A stretch of DNA of 64,000 bases from Bacillota bacterium. GTDB taxonomy: Bacteria; Bacillota; JAAYKD01. The stretch is taken from contig JAAYKD010000157.1 in the NCBI GenBank assembly GCA_012522585.1, positions 20,074-84,073 of the forward strand, written 5' to 3'. Position numbers and translations under genes: made by a program. Shown piece by piece: positions 38,536 to 47,601 of this stretch (position 1 is the first letter of the stretch; the number at the start of each line of letters is the position of its first letter). The notes beneath the pieces are model-generated. The model searched no databases. It had not been told where the DNA came from and saw only the letters and a program-made list of their open reading frames with translations.

Positions 38536-39792
38536 ATGAAGGATAAGCAAACGGCAGAAACAGTACAAGCTTCGACAGACACAGTTGACGCTTCTCTTGA
38601 TCAAGGCCGTGAAATGCCTTTAAATAAAACTAAATCTCCAAAAAAGGATAGTAAAAAAACCAAACGTAGCAAAAACAATGGAAAAATCGATTTTAATCCT
38701 GTGATTAAAAAGATTATTGCTATTGTCAAAAAGACAAATGAAATTCCTTACGAAGAAATAGCCGACCAACTTCAGCATTTTGATATGAGCACAGAGCAGA
38801 TAGAAAAGTTTTATCAGGAATTAGAAAATCTGCTCAATAAAGAAGCAGGCTTACCTATTCGCAGAAAAGAAATCGAAGCTTTAGAAGTTTCTGATGATGA
38901 ATTTGAAAAGGAAGAGGAAGAGGAAGCCGTAGTTGAAGTGGATTCCAGCATACCTGATAATATTTCTCTGGAAGATCCGGTGCGCATGTACTTAAAAGAA
39001 ATCGGCAGAGTCGATCTTTTGACAGCCGAGGAAGAAGTCATCTTAGCCAAGCGCATGGAAATGGGAGATGAACTGGCTCGAGAAGAGCTGGCAGAAGCCA
39101 ACCTCAGATTGGTAGTCAGCATCGCCAAGCGTTACGTGGGGCGAGGCATGCAGCTGCTCGATTTGATTCAAGAGGGAAACCTGGGCTTGCTCAAAGCTGT
39201 AGAAAAATTCGATTATCATAAAGGTTATAAATTCTCCACTTACGCTACTTGGTGGATTCGTCAAGCGATAACCAGAGCCATCGCCGATCAAGCAAGGACG
39301 ATTCGCATACCCGTGCATATGGTGGAAACAATCAATAAATTGATCAGAATCAATCGTTCTCTATTGCAGGAGCTGGGTAGAGATCCAACTCCACAGGAAA
39401 TAGCTGAAGTCATGGAAGTGACGCCGGAGCGAGTCAGGGAAATCATGAAGATTGCCCAAGAGCCTGTATCCTTGGAAACGCCCATTGGCGAAGAAGAGGA
39501 CAGCCACTTAGGTGACTTTATCGAAGATCAAGAAGCCTTGGCTCCGGGAGACGCAGCAGCTTCCACTCTTTTAAGAGAGCAATTGGAAGACGTTCTTTCT
39601 ACTCTGACGGAAAGAGAAGAAAATGTTCTGCGCTTACGTTTCGGTTTGGATGACGGTCGCAATCGGACTTTAGAAGAAGTCGGACAGATTTTTGGTGTAA
39701 CCAGAGAAAGAATTCGTCAGATTGAAGCCAAAGCACTGCGCAAGTTGAGACATCCAAGCCGCAGTAAGAGGCTGAAAGACTATCTTGAATAA
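38536..39792 (+). CDS. sigA: RNA polymerase sigma factor SigA (RpoD)
   Basis: Regions 1.2-4 are present, including the rpoD box [29 protein letters not shown]. Confidence 0.97.
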   Translation: MKDKQTAETVQASTDTVDASLDQGREMPLNKTKSPKKDSKKTKRSKNNGKIDFNPVIKKIIAIVKKTNEIPYEEIADQLQHFDMSTEQIEKFYQELENLLNKEAGLPIRRKEIEALEVSDDEFEKEEEEEAVVEVDSSIPDNISLEDPVRMYLKEIGRVDLLTAEEEVILAKRMEMGDELAREELAEANLRLVVSIAKRYVGRGMQLLDLIQEGNLGLLKAVEKFDYHKGYKFSTYATWWIRQAITRAIADQARTIRIPVHMVETINKLIRINRSLLQELGRDPTPQEIAEVMEVTPERVREIMKIAQEPVSLETPIGEEEDSHLGDFIEDQEALAPGDAAASTLLREQLEDVLSTLTEREENVLRLRFGLDDGRNRTLEEVGQIFGVTRERIRQIEAKALRKLRHPSRSKRLKDYLE

Positions 39793-39828
39793 AGAAAAAT
39801 CTTACAATCTTTTCTTTTAAAATATGGG

Positions 39829-39857
39829 TTGACGAAATAATCAGGCTCTGTTATAAT
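39829..39857 (+). promoter_or_regulatory. Sigma-A promoter (TTGACG-17 nt-TATAAT) for the tRNA Asn-CAT-Glu cluster
   Basis: Consensus hexamers with a 17-nt spacer, about 20 nt upstream of tRNA-Asn. Confidence 0.6.
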
Positions 39858-39878
39858 TCGTCTTGCACTTTGTTAGAT

Positions 39879-39953
39879 TCCACAATAGCTCAACGGTAGA
39901 GCAACCGGCTGTTAACCGGTAGGCTGTAGGTTCGAATCCTACTTGTGGAGCCA
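39879..39953 (+). tRNA. tRNA-Asn (GTT)
   Basis: Cloverleaf with a 7-bp acceptor stem (tccacaa/ttgtgga), anticodon loop cuGUUaa, and a CCA end. Confidence 0.9.
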
Positions 39954-39992
39954 GCGATCATGAGGTTTTTTAACCTTTGATATATTAAGGAC

Positions 39993-40069
39993 GGGCCCAT
40001 AGCTCAGTTGGTCAGAGCCACCGGCTCATAACCGGTTAGTCCTAGGTTCGAGTCCTAGTGGGCCCACCA
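39993..40069 (+). tRNA. tRNA with a CAT anticodon; elongator Met or Ile2 (lysidine), with the loop CUCAUAA favouring Ile2
   Basis: gggccca acceptor stem, anticodon loop ctCATaa, TΨC loop GGTTCGAGTCC, CCA end. Confidence 0.85.
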
Positions 40070-40102
40070 ATAATGAATTGGACCGTCCATGAAAAAGATA
40101 AT

Positions 40103-40177
40103 GGCCCCATAGTGAAGCGGTTAACACACCAGCCTTTCACGCTGGCGACGTGGGTTCGAATCCCACTGGGGTCACCA
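40103..40177 (+). tRNA. tRNA-Glu (TTC)
   Basis: Anticodon loop cuUUCac; GGTTCGAATCC T-loop; CCA end. Confidence 0.9.
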
Positions 40178-40234
40178 TTTTTTTTCACCTAAATGAAAAG
40201 GGAGATTAAAATCTTTCCCCACAAAAAGATGAAG

Positions 40235-40260
40235 CAGAGAGTTGAAGCTCTCTGTTTTTT
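40235..40260 (+). terminator. Intrinsic terminator after the tRNA cluster
   Basis: cagagag-ttgaag-ctctctg followed by tttttt. Confidence 0.65.
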
Positions 40261-40400
40261 GTTTAAATTATAAAAATAATTTTAATATTGAGAAAGGCAC
40301 TGATCTTAGTGTCGGCTAAACTAACTCCTCGTTTAGATGCTCTAGCCAGCAATTGGAAACTTCTGACCTGCTCCTAGATGCGGGGCAGCTTAGGCCTACT
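40255..40400 (+). repeat. Degenerate upstream tandem duplicate of the trmK promoter-proximal region and first ~25 codons (frameshifted pseudo-fragment)
   Basis: About 85% identical to 40407-40555 and includes gagaaagg.gctg.tcttagtgtcgg.taaactaac.cctcgtttagatgc.ctagc. It encodes VSAKLTPRLDALASNWKLLTCS*, against the genuine VSVKLTPRLDALAQQLETSDLLLDVG. Confidence 0.75.
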
Positions 40401-40460
40401 GTGTCATTTTTTGTTTAAATTATCAAATTGCCTTTAATCTAGAGAAAGGTGCTGTTCTTA

Positions 40461-41168
40461 GTGTCGGTTAAACTAACCCCTCGTTTAGATGCGCTAGCTC
40501 AACAATTGGAGACTTCTGACCTGCTCCTAGACGTGGGAGCAGATCATGCTTACTTGGCCATTCATGCTGTTCAAAAGCAAATAGTGAAAAGAGCTTTAGC
40601 TCTGGACATCAATCAGGACCCCTTGATAATGGCAGCCAAGAATGTTGCTTCTTTTGGCCTTGAAGCGGAGATTGAGTGTCGTCTCAGTGATGGTTTAGCG
40701 GAAGTTCAAGAAGAAGAAATTGACACTGTTGTCATAGCTGGGATGGGTGGTCATACTATCAAAGCCATCATTCAAGCCAGCCTGAGCAAAGCCCAAGCTG
40801 CCAGATTTTTATTACTCCAGCCTAATAATGGTGAAGAAAAGCTGCGCAGATTTCTCTATAGTCAAGGGTTTATTGTTAAATCTCAAGGGGTAGTCAATGA
40901 GAAAAAACATTTTTATCAATGGATAAAGGTGGTCTATGAGGGCAAGCCAAGAGAAATTGATCGGTTTTATGGGGCCTATGGGGACCCCTTAAAACATCAG
41001 GACCCAGATCAAACTGTGGCTTGGCTGCAATGGGAAAGCCAAAGAATTGAAAAAATTCTCAGCGGTTTAAAGAAATCTAAGACTAAAAATGCCAGAGAAA
41101 AAAAACTAAGAGAGAACTTGTTCAAATTGAACAAATTGGCCAATGAATTGACAATTCACCAAGATTAA
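40461..41168 (+). CDS. trmK: tRNA (adenine22-N1)-methyltransferase TrmK (YqfN)
   Basis: TrmK family similarity, including a SAM-binding motif (DVGADHAYL). Its position after sigA matches B. subtilis yqfN. GTG 40461 is preferred on RBS spacing; the track starts at GTG 40449. Confidence 0.75.
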   Translation: MSVKLTPRLDALAQQLETSDLLLDVGADHAYLAIHAVQKQIVKRALALDINQDPLIMAAKNVASFGLEAEIECRLSDGLAEVQEEEIDTVVIAGMGGHTIKAIIQASLSKAQAARFLLLQPNNGEEKLRRFLYSQGFIVKSQGVVNEKKHFYQWIKVVYEGKPREIDRFYGAYGDPLKHQDPDQTVAWLQWESQRIEKILSGLKKSKTKNAREKKLRENLFKLNKLANELTIHQD

Positions 41169-41197
41169 ATTATAATAATAGTCCAAACAGAAGAAAA

Positions 41198-41562
41198 TGG
41201 GTTAGTTGGGTGATCGCGGGGAGAATATCGAAAGATGCTCTCTGAGGAAAGTCCGAGCTTCGCAGAGCAGGATGCTGGATAACGTCCAGTGAGGGTAACC
41301 TTAAGGATAGTGCCACAGAAATAAACCGCCTAAAATTTTTAGGTAAGGGTGCAAAGGTGCGGTAAGAGCGCACCAGCAATCGGGCGACCGCTTGGCTAGG
41401 TAAACCCCATCCGAAGCAAGACCGAATAGGGAAGGGATGAAGTTGCTCGCTGATCTTCCGGGTAGGTTGCTGGATATTTTGGGCAATCAAAATACAAGAT
41501 AAATGATCACCTCGTGCTTTTTTAGGCATAGGACAGAACTCGGCTTACAGACTAACCCCTTT
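41198..41562 (+). ncRNA. rnpB: RNase P RNA (rnpB), bacterial type-A-like
   Basis: P4 halves GGAAAGUCCGAGC and ACAGAAcuCGGCUUA are present, along with the conserved GGUGCGGUAAGAGCGCACCAG and AGUGCCACAGAAA. P1 pairs gggttagt (5') with actaaccc (3'). Confidence 0.85.
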
Positions 41563-41629
41563 CTTTTCTTTGTCTGGAACACAGATTTTTAGAACTTTTT
41601 ACTAAAAACAAATTTTCTTCAAATATTAT

Positions 41630-41658
41630 TTGACAAGTTAAAAACAAGTTGCTATAAT
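41630..41658 (+). promoter_or_regulatory. Sigma-A promoter (TTGACA-17 nt-TATAAT) for tRNA-Gln/Ala
   Basis: Perfect consensus hexamers. Confidence 0.65.
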
Positions 41659-41671
41659 AACACACGTTGAT

Positions 41672-41747
41672 TGGGGCATCGCCAAGTTGGTAAGGCACGG
41701 GACTTTGACTCCCGTATGCGTTGGTTCGAGTCCAGCTGCCCCAACCA
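41672..41747 (+). tRNA. tRNA-Gln (TTG)
   Basis: Anticodon loop cuUUGac, acceptor uggggca/ugcccca, CCA end. Confidence 0.9.
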
Positions 41748-41768
41748 GCTTTTCTTTTTGTCAATTAT

Positions 41769-41844
<76 letters not shown>

Positions 41845-41854
41845 ACAATAAAAA

Positions 41855-41880
41855 AACAGCCTGTTCAGGCTGTTTTTTTG
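41855..41880 (+). terminator. Intrinsic terminator after tRNA-Ala
   Basis: acagcctg-ttcaggctgt followed by ttttttt. Confidence 0.65.
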
Positions 41881-42251
41881 CTTTCTAAGATCAAATTTGC
41901 CGAAAGCATTTTGCTCTTTTGATTTGTTGAGCCAAATAAAAGTATTAACTGTTTCTGGAAATTAAGATAATTGTTCTAATCCTAGCACAACTGCACCAAG
42001 ATTAAATAAAAAGCAATAACAAAGATTGGATTTTGGTCCAATAGGTAAGGTAAGGGAAGCTGCTCAGACGTCTATTAGATAGCTGTGGTTGCGATCTTTT
42101 GTTTCCATCTATAATAAAAAACCACAGGGTAATTACCCTGTGGTTTTTAATATTCTTTCACATAAGGAAGATTAGAAAAATTCAGCACCGATTTTCAAGG
42201 GAGAAAGAAATTCATTGGGTTGCTTATCTTCGATCTAGTTAAAATGCAGCT

Positions 42252-43619
42252 TTATAATCCTTGTGGTTCCTGGCTTAAGATTTCAAGTTGCTTTAACTGT
42301 CGAACCTCGAAGAGCAGCCAGGTTCCGGTCAAGAGGAAAGCGCCTAAATCAGATAGAGGTGCAGACCACCATACTCCTTCCAGTCCCCAGAAGTGAGGAA
42401 GCACAATTAACAGAGGTATGAAGATTATGATTTGTCTCAACAAGCCTAAGAGAGTAGCATGATTTGGTTTGCCAACGGCTTGGAAATAACTAGCTCCCAG
42501 CATTTGCACACCGACCAAAGGAATTAGTTTGAAGAAGATGTTCATTCCATGGGCACCCAATTCGATTAAATCGGGGTTTTTATTAAACAAACCGATCAGT
42601 TGGAGGGGCCAGATCTTTGAGACGATAAATCCTAGGAAGATCACGGATGTAGCCGCCAGAATCGACAGGCCAAGGGTTTCTTTAACCCGGCCATATTCCT
42701 TAGCCCCTTTGTTAAAGCCTAAGATAGGCTGAGCGCCTTGTCCTATACCCATGGCAGGCATGATCAAGAAGGTGGTGATGCTCATAATCACCCCGATTGC
42801 TGCCAAGGCCAAATCTCCTCCATAGCGAGCCAGGCTGCGGTTGAGTATCAGCTGCTGAATGCTGCTAGTCACTTGGATGATGAAGGTCGGGATCCCTAAA
42901 CGAATAATCTGAGTGACTATAATGCTCTCTAATTGTAATTTCTTCCCCCTGATCTTCAGAGTGCTTCTCCCTGAGTAAAAATGGTACAAGACCCAGGTGC
43001 TGGTCAGCACATAGGATAGAATTGTCGCGAAGGCTGCACCTTCAATTCCCCATTTAAAAATAAAAATAAATACATAGTCGAGAATTATATTGGTGATGGC
43101 TCCAATAAACATAGTGACCATTGCGGTCTTGGGGTTGCCTTCAGCCCGGATAAAATTGTTCATTCCTGTTCCGATTGCTAAAAATACACTGCCAATCAAA
43201 ATAATTCTCAGGTATTTAGTGGCATAGGGCAGGACTGTTGGGGTTGCTCCAAAGAGGAGTAGAATTTCTTCGAGAAAAATTAACCCTAAGACAGTCAATG
43301 AAATTCCCATGACGATAAACAAGATCAGAGCATTGATCACAATGGTTTCCGCTTCCTCTTGCTTCTGTTCTCCCAGTCTAATCGAGATCAGAGCAGTCGC
43401 CCCCATCCCGACCAACATGATAAAGGCAATGAAGGTTGTGACAATAGGAAAGCAGATAGTGACTCCTGCCAAGCCTAAGTCTCCTACGCCTTGCCCGACA
43501 AAGATACTATCGACAATGTTATATAGGGCATTTACTATTAAGGCTACTATGGCAGGTAAAGAAAACTTCAATAATAGTTTTGGAATGCTGTCGGTTGCCA
43601 ATTGATTTGATTTTACCAC
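42252..43619 (-). CDS. MATE-family multidrug/sodium efflux transporter
   Basis: 455 aa with 12 predicted transmembrane helices and a typical MATE N-terminus (IPKLLLKFSLPAIVALIVNALYNIVDSIFVGQGVG). Confidence 0.85.
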   Translation of the reverse strand: MVKSNQLATDSIPKLLLKFSLPAIVALIVNALYNIVDSIFVGQGVGDLGLAGVTICFPIVTTFIAFIMLVGMGATALISIRLGEQKQEEAETIVINALILFIVMGISLTVLGLIFLEEILLLFGATPTVLPYATKYLRIILIGSVFLAIGTGMNNFIRAEGNPKTAMVTMFIGAITNIILDYVFIFIFKWGIEGAAFATILSYVLTSTWVLYHFYSGRSTLKIRGKKLQLESIIVTQIIRLGIPTFIIQVTSSIQQLILNRSLARYGGDLALAAIGVIMSITTFLIMPAMGIGQGAQPILGFNKGAKEYGRVKETLGLSILAATSVIFLGFIVSKIWPLQLIGLFNKNPDLIELGAHGMNIFFKLIPLVGVQMLGASYFQAVGKPNHATLLGLLRQIIIFIPLLIVLPHFWGLEGVWWSAPLSDLGAFLLTGTWLLFEVRQLKQLEILSQEPQGL

Positions 43620-43938
43620 ATCTTACCCCTCCGCTAATCTTTAAAATATCAAGAAGATTGAATTATGATGAAAAAGCAAAAAGTTTATCCAAGATTTACA
43701 TTCTTGCTCTAAATGCTTTTTGTTAAACAGTGTGTAGCTTATCACAAAAGTCAATCTGTGGCAATTATCACAATCTTTTGAATTGTCATTTAACAAACTA
43801 GGATGGCAGACTTGTTGCCAAAGTCCCTTAACTCATGAAAATAATGGGGCGAAAAATCTTATTCCAGCTCTGTTTACTCGGATATACTGCTTTTTAATGA
43901 GGGAATTTATGAAGCCAGAGGTTAATATAATTTAACCC

Positions 43939-43968
43939 TTGACATTTTCCCAACTTGGATAGTATAAT
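43939..43968 (+). promoter_or_regulatory. Sigma-A promoter (TTGACA-18 nt-TATAAT) for tRNA-Glu/Tyr
   Basis: Consensus hexamers upstream of 44020. Confidence 0.6.
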
Positions 43969-44019
43969 AGCATTCGTCAGTTTGAGAGAATTCTTAAACT
44001 TGCAATTTAGTCAAAATGT

Positions 44020-44094
44020 GGCCCCATAGTGAAGCGGTTAACACACCAGCCTTTCACGCTGGCGACGTGGGTTCGAATCCCACTGGGGTCACCA
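44020..44094 (+). tRNA. tRNA-Glu (TTC), identical second copy
   Basis: Sequence is identical to 40103-40177. Confidence 0.9.
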
Positions 44095-44099
44095 TATAC

Positions 44100-44185
44100 G
44101 GTGGGATACCCAAGTTGGCCAAAGGGGGCAGACTGTAAATCTGCTAGCACTGCTTTCGCTGGTTCGAATCCAGCTCCCACCACCA
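44100..44185 (+). tRNA. tRNA-Tyr (GTA) with a long variable arm
   Basis: Anticodon loop cuGUAaa, long variable arm (ctgctagcactgctttcgc), CCA end. Confidence 0.9.
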
Positions 44186-44186
44186 A

Positions 44187-44215
44187 CCTCGTCCTTTTCA
44201 GGGCGAGGTTTTTTA
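44187..44215 (+). terminator. Intrinsic terminator after tRNA-Tyr
   Basis: cctcgtcc-ttttca-gggcgagg followed by tttttt. Confidence 0.65.
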
Positions 44216-44295
44216 TGCTCTTTTTATGCTCTATAGAGGATTAACATAATGGCGTGTTAAATTAAATAGATAGAGATAACAAAAAAGGTGATGAT

Positions 44296-45024
44296 ATGGA
44301 AGAAAGATTACAGAAGATCATCGCTGCAGCCGGTCTGGCTTCTCGCCGTGAGGCTGAGGAGTGGATAAAAACAGGACTAGTCAAGGTCAATGGTCAGATA
44401 GTCAAAGAACTGGGAAGTAAAGCAGACCCAAGGCGCGATAATATTACAGTGGGCGGTCAGCCCTTGCCCCAGCCCCAGCAAAAGATGGTAGTGATGTTGA
44501 ACAAACCCCGAGGGGTCGTTACAACTTTAAAGGATCCCCAAGGCCGACTCAATGTTGGTCAATTCGTCGAAAGCTATGAGCGCCGACTCTATCCTGTGGG
44601 GCGATTGGATATGCAGAGCGAGGGTCTTTTACTCTTGACCGATGACGGTGATTTTGCCTATCGCATGGCCCATCCGAAATTTAACGTGGAAAAAACATAT
44701 TTGGTCTGGCTCAATCAAGCACTTCGGGAAGAGGATAGACTTAAACTTGAAAAGGGGATTCTCCTTGAAGGTAAAATGACCTTGCCTGCTCGGATCAAGA
44801 AGGTCAGGCAGGAAGAAGATGCTCAGAACTTGTGCCGGATTACCATCAGGGAAGGCAGAAATCGACAGATCCGCAAGATGTTCAAGGAACTAGACTATCG
44901 TACTTTGCGCTTGATGAGAGTTCAAATCGGCAATCTTTCCTTAGGAGCCTTGCCCAGCGGCAAGACCAGAAAACTCAGGGATTCTGAAATAGCAGAACTC
45001 CTTGAAAAAATTGAGGGTAAATAA
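44296..45024 (+). CDS. rluB: 23S rRNA pseudouridine synthase (RluB/RsuA family) with an N-terminal S4 domain
   Basis: S4 domain (RLQKIIAAAGLASRREAEEWIK) and catalytic motif PVGRLDMQSEGLLLLTDDG. Confidence 0.85.
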   Translation: MEERLQKIIAAAGLASRREAEEWIKTGLVKVNGQIVKELGSKADPRRDNITVGGQPLPQPQQKMVVMLNKPRGVVTTLKDPQGRLNVGQFVESYERRLYPVGRLDMQSEGLLLLTDDGDFAYRMAHPKFNVEKTYLVWLNQALREEDRLKLEKGILLEGKMTLPARIKKVRQEEDAQNLCRITIREGRNRQIRKMFKELDYRTLRLMRVQIGNLSLGALPSGKTRKLRDSEIAELLEKIEGK

Positions 45025-46282
45025 AGCAGTGATAAAAAATGACTTTAAGAAAAAGAAAGTTTTAGTTGTAGGTGCAGGAGCTGCCGGAATCATGGCGGCC
45101 ATCAAGGCAGCTGAAACGGGAGCAGAGGTAACTCTCTTCGAAAAAAACGAGCGCCTAGGAAAAAAGCTTGGAATAACCGGGAAGGGCCGCTGTAATTTGA
45201 CTAACGATTGTAGCGTCAAAGAGTTGGTAGCCAATATGCCCGGAAACGGTAAATTTCTATTCAGCTCACTGTCCAGACTGAACAGCCAAAAAACTCAGGA
45301 ACTTTTCACAAATTGGGGAGTTCCTTTGAAGGTTGAACGAGGCAGGAGGGTTTTTCCCTCATCAGATAAGGCAGCCGATGTCATCTTGGCTTTGCGCAAG
45401 CGTCTAGAAGAGCTGGACGTTAAAGTGATTTACAATCAAAGAGTCACTGCTCTTTTACAGGCAGACAATGAAATTATCGGTCTCAAGACCTCTGATGGTG
45501 TTTTCTCGGGCCAAGCAGTGATTTTAGCAGCCGGAGGTTCATCCTATCCGACGACCGGTTCCACAGGTGACGGCTATCAATTAGCTCAAGAGATTGGTCA
45601 CCAAATTATACCTTTGAAGCCTGCTTTGATCCCTTTGCAGACCGAGTCCATTTACAAAAAAGATCTGCAAGGGCTGAGCTTGCGCAATGTTTCAGTATCC
45701 ATTGCAACGGAAAGCAAAGTCCTAGGCCAAGAGTTTGGCGAGATGCTCTTCACCCATTTTGGCTTCAGCGGCCCGGTGGTGCTTACCCTGAGTCGCTTGC
45801 TGCTCAATTGGAATGGAAGTTCACCTCGTTATTTAAAAATAGATTTGAAGCCTGCTTTGAGCTTCGAACAGTTGGATCTGCGCATCCAAAGAGATTTTTT
45901 GAAATTTAAGAATCGGGCTTTCAAAAATTCACTGAATGAGTTGTTGCCCAAAAGCTTGATACCTGTAATAATAGAGATGAGCAAAATCGATCCGGATAAG
46001 CCGGTTCACTCAGTGACCCGGGAAGAAAGGTTATATTTGATCGATTTGTTGAAAAATTTGAGTTTTAGAATCAGTGGAACCAGACCTTTGGCCGAGGCCA
46101 TAGTCACAGCTGGAGGAGTCAGTACAGCCCAAATCGATCCTAAAACTATGGAATCAAAACTGATTAAAAACCTATATTTTGCCGGTGAAGTCATTGATAT
46201 CGATGGTTTTACCGGGGGCTATAATCTTCAGGCTGCCTTTTCAACAGGGTTTACAGCCGGGTATTTTGCAGCAATCGATTAA
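45002..46282 (+). CDS. HI0933/BaiN-like NAD(P)/FAD-binding flavoprotein (aminoacetone oxidase family)
   Basis: Dinucleotide-binding motif VLVVGAGAAGIMAA and the BaiN-like GRCNLTN motif. The ORF overlaps the rluB end; GTG 45029 is an alternative start. Confidence 0.7.
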   Translation: MKKLRVNKAVIKNDFKKKKVLVVGAGAAGIMAAIKAAETGAEVTLFEKNERLGKKLGITGKGRCNLTNDCSVKELVANMPGNGKFLFSSLSRLNSQKTQELFTNWGVPLKVERGRRVFPSSDKAADVILALRKRLEELDVKVIYNQRVTALLQADNEIIGLKTSDGVFSGQAVILAAGGSSYPTTGSTGDGYQLAQEIGHQIIPLKPALIPLQTESIYKKDLQGLSLRNVSVSIATESKVLGQEFGEMLFTHFGFSGPVVLTLSRLLLNWNGSSPRYLKIDLKPALSFEQLDLRIQRDFLKFKNRAFKNSLNELLPKSLIPVIIEMSKIDPDKPVHSVTREERLYLIDLLKNLSFRISGTRPLAEAIVTAGGVSTAQIDPKTMESKLIKNLYFAGEVIDIDGFTGGYNLQAAFSTGFTAGYFAAID

Positions 46283-46300
46283 AATAAAATTCACAGTGAA

Positions 46301-47020
46301 ATGAGTGGAATGGTATCTATGTCTAATAATAATCTGCCTGTCATAGCTATTGACGGTCCGGCCGGTGCCGGTAAGAGTACCATCGCCAAAGAATTGGCAG
46401 AAAGATTGAACATCCCTTATTTGGATACAGGAGCCATGTACAGAGCTCTGACCTATTGGGCTTTGCAACATCAAGTGGAAATAGATGATCCGGAAGGCCT
46501 TCGAGACTTATACAAGGAAATAGTAATGGATGTCAGGTTTGCTCAGGGCAAACAGGAAATCTACATCGACGAGACGGATGTGACACCATATTTGCGTCTA
46601 AAAGATGTGAGCGAATTGGTTTCACCCTTGTCCGCTCATCCTTTTATTCGAGAGCTCATGGTCAAAAAGCAACGGGAAATCGCTGCCAGAAACGGTATCG
46701 TTTTAGATGGCCGGGATATAGGCACCGTTGTTTTGCCCGATGCTCCCATGAAAATCTTTCTCACAGCCTCTTTAGAGGAGAGGACCAGAAGGCGCCATTT
46801 GGATTTTATCAATCTCGGTATCTCCATGGATTTTGAGCAGCTTAAAGAGGAAATAGCAGCTCGAGACCTGAGGGATTCCACCAGGGAGATTGCTCCTCTA
46901 GAGCAAGCCAAGGATGCTTGTCTTGTTGATACGACGAATCTAAATATAGAAGAAGTGGTGGATCTGATCATCGCTCTCTTAAAACAAAAGAACTTATTGC
47001 CGGAAGGAAATTGCCTATGA
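46301..47020 (+). CDS. cmk: Cytidylate kinase
   Basis: IAIDGPAGAGKST P-loop and the Cmk family signature. Confidence 0.9.
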   Translation: MSGMVSMSNNNLPVIAIDGPAGAGKSTIAKELAERLNIPYLDTGAMYRALTYWALQHQVEIDDPEGLRDLYKEIVMDVRFAQGKQEIYIDETDVTPYLRLKDVSELVSPLSAHPFIRELMVKKQREIAARNGIVLDGRDIGTVVLPDAPMKIFLTASLEERTRRRHLDFINLGISMDFEQLKEEIAARDLRDSTREIAPLEQAKDACLVDTTNLNIEEVVDLIIALLKQKNLLPEGNCL

Positions 47021-47601
47021 GCTTTTATTCGTTTTTTTTGAATCTGATTTCTTTCTTTCTGAAAATATTCTGGCGGCCTAATTTTCAGGGTCAGGAAAAC
47101 ATACCTGATCAAGGTGCAGTTATTCTCTGTGCCAATCATCTCAATGCCAAGGACCCTTTCTTCATCGCTATGGGCTTACCCAGAAAAATTCGGTTTTTGG
47201 CTAAGGAGGAATTATTTCGCAATAGGATCTTGCGTTTTATCCTCTTGAAAAGTGAAATGATTCCGGTCAAACGGGGCCAAACAGACAGAACAGCAGTGCG
47301 TTCGGTTCTAAATTCTTTAAAGGCCCAAGAGATGGTTGGAATTTTCCCTGAAGGGACACGCTCAGATGGTCTGGAGATGAAAGGCTTCCACGAAGGAGCT
47401 GTTTATTTTGCTCAAAAAACAGGTGCCCCTCTTTTACCGGCGGCGATTATCGGCGACTATTCCCTTTTCAAACCGATCGAGATAGTCTACGGTCAAATTA
47501 TCGAAGTGGAAAAAGAGACCAGAGCCCAAAGAGCAGAGATGCAGAGGATTAACGAAAAATTAAAAACAGAAATTGAAAAATTGCGGGGAATTAATCTATG
47601 A
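47011..47601 (+). CDS. plsC: 1-acyl-sn-glycerol-3-phosphate acyltransferase
   Basis: HX4D-type motif ANHLNAKDP and FPEGTRS. Confidence 0.85.
   Translation: MPMSFYSFFLNLISFFLKIFWRPNFQGQENIPDQGAVILCANHLNAKDPFFIAMGLPRKIRFLAKEELFRNRILRFILLKSEMIPVKRGQTDRTAVRSVLNSLKAQEMVGIFPEGTRSDGLEMKGFHEGAVYFAQKTGAPLLPAAIIGDYSLFKPIEIVYGQIIEVEKETRAQRAEMQRINEKLKTEIEKLRGINL

Noticed and set aside
41170-41764. Minus-strand ORFs (119, 61 and 70 aa) across rnpB and tRNA-Gln
   Set aside because: They overlap structural RNA genes with strong conserved motifs, and they look like arbitrary readings of non-coding sequence.
44029-44244. 71-aa plus-strand ORF
   Set aside because: It lies entirely within tRNA-Glu, tRNA-Tyr and their terminator.
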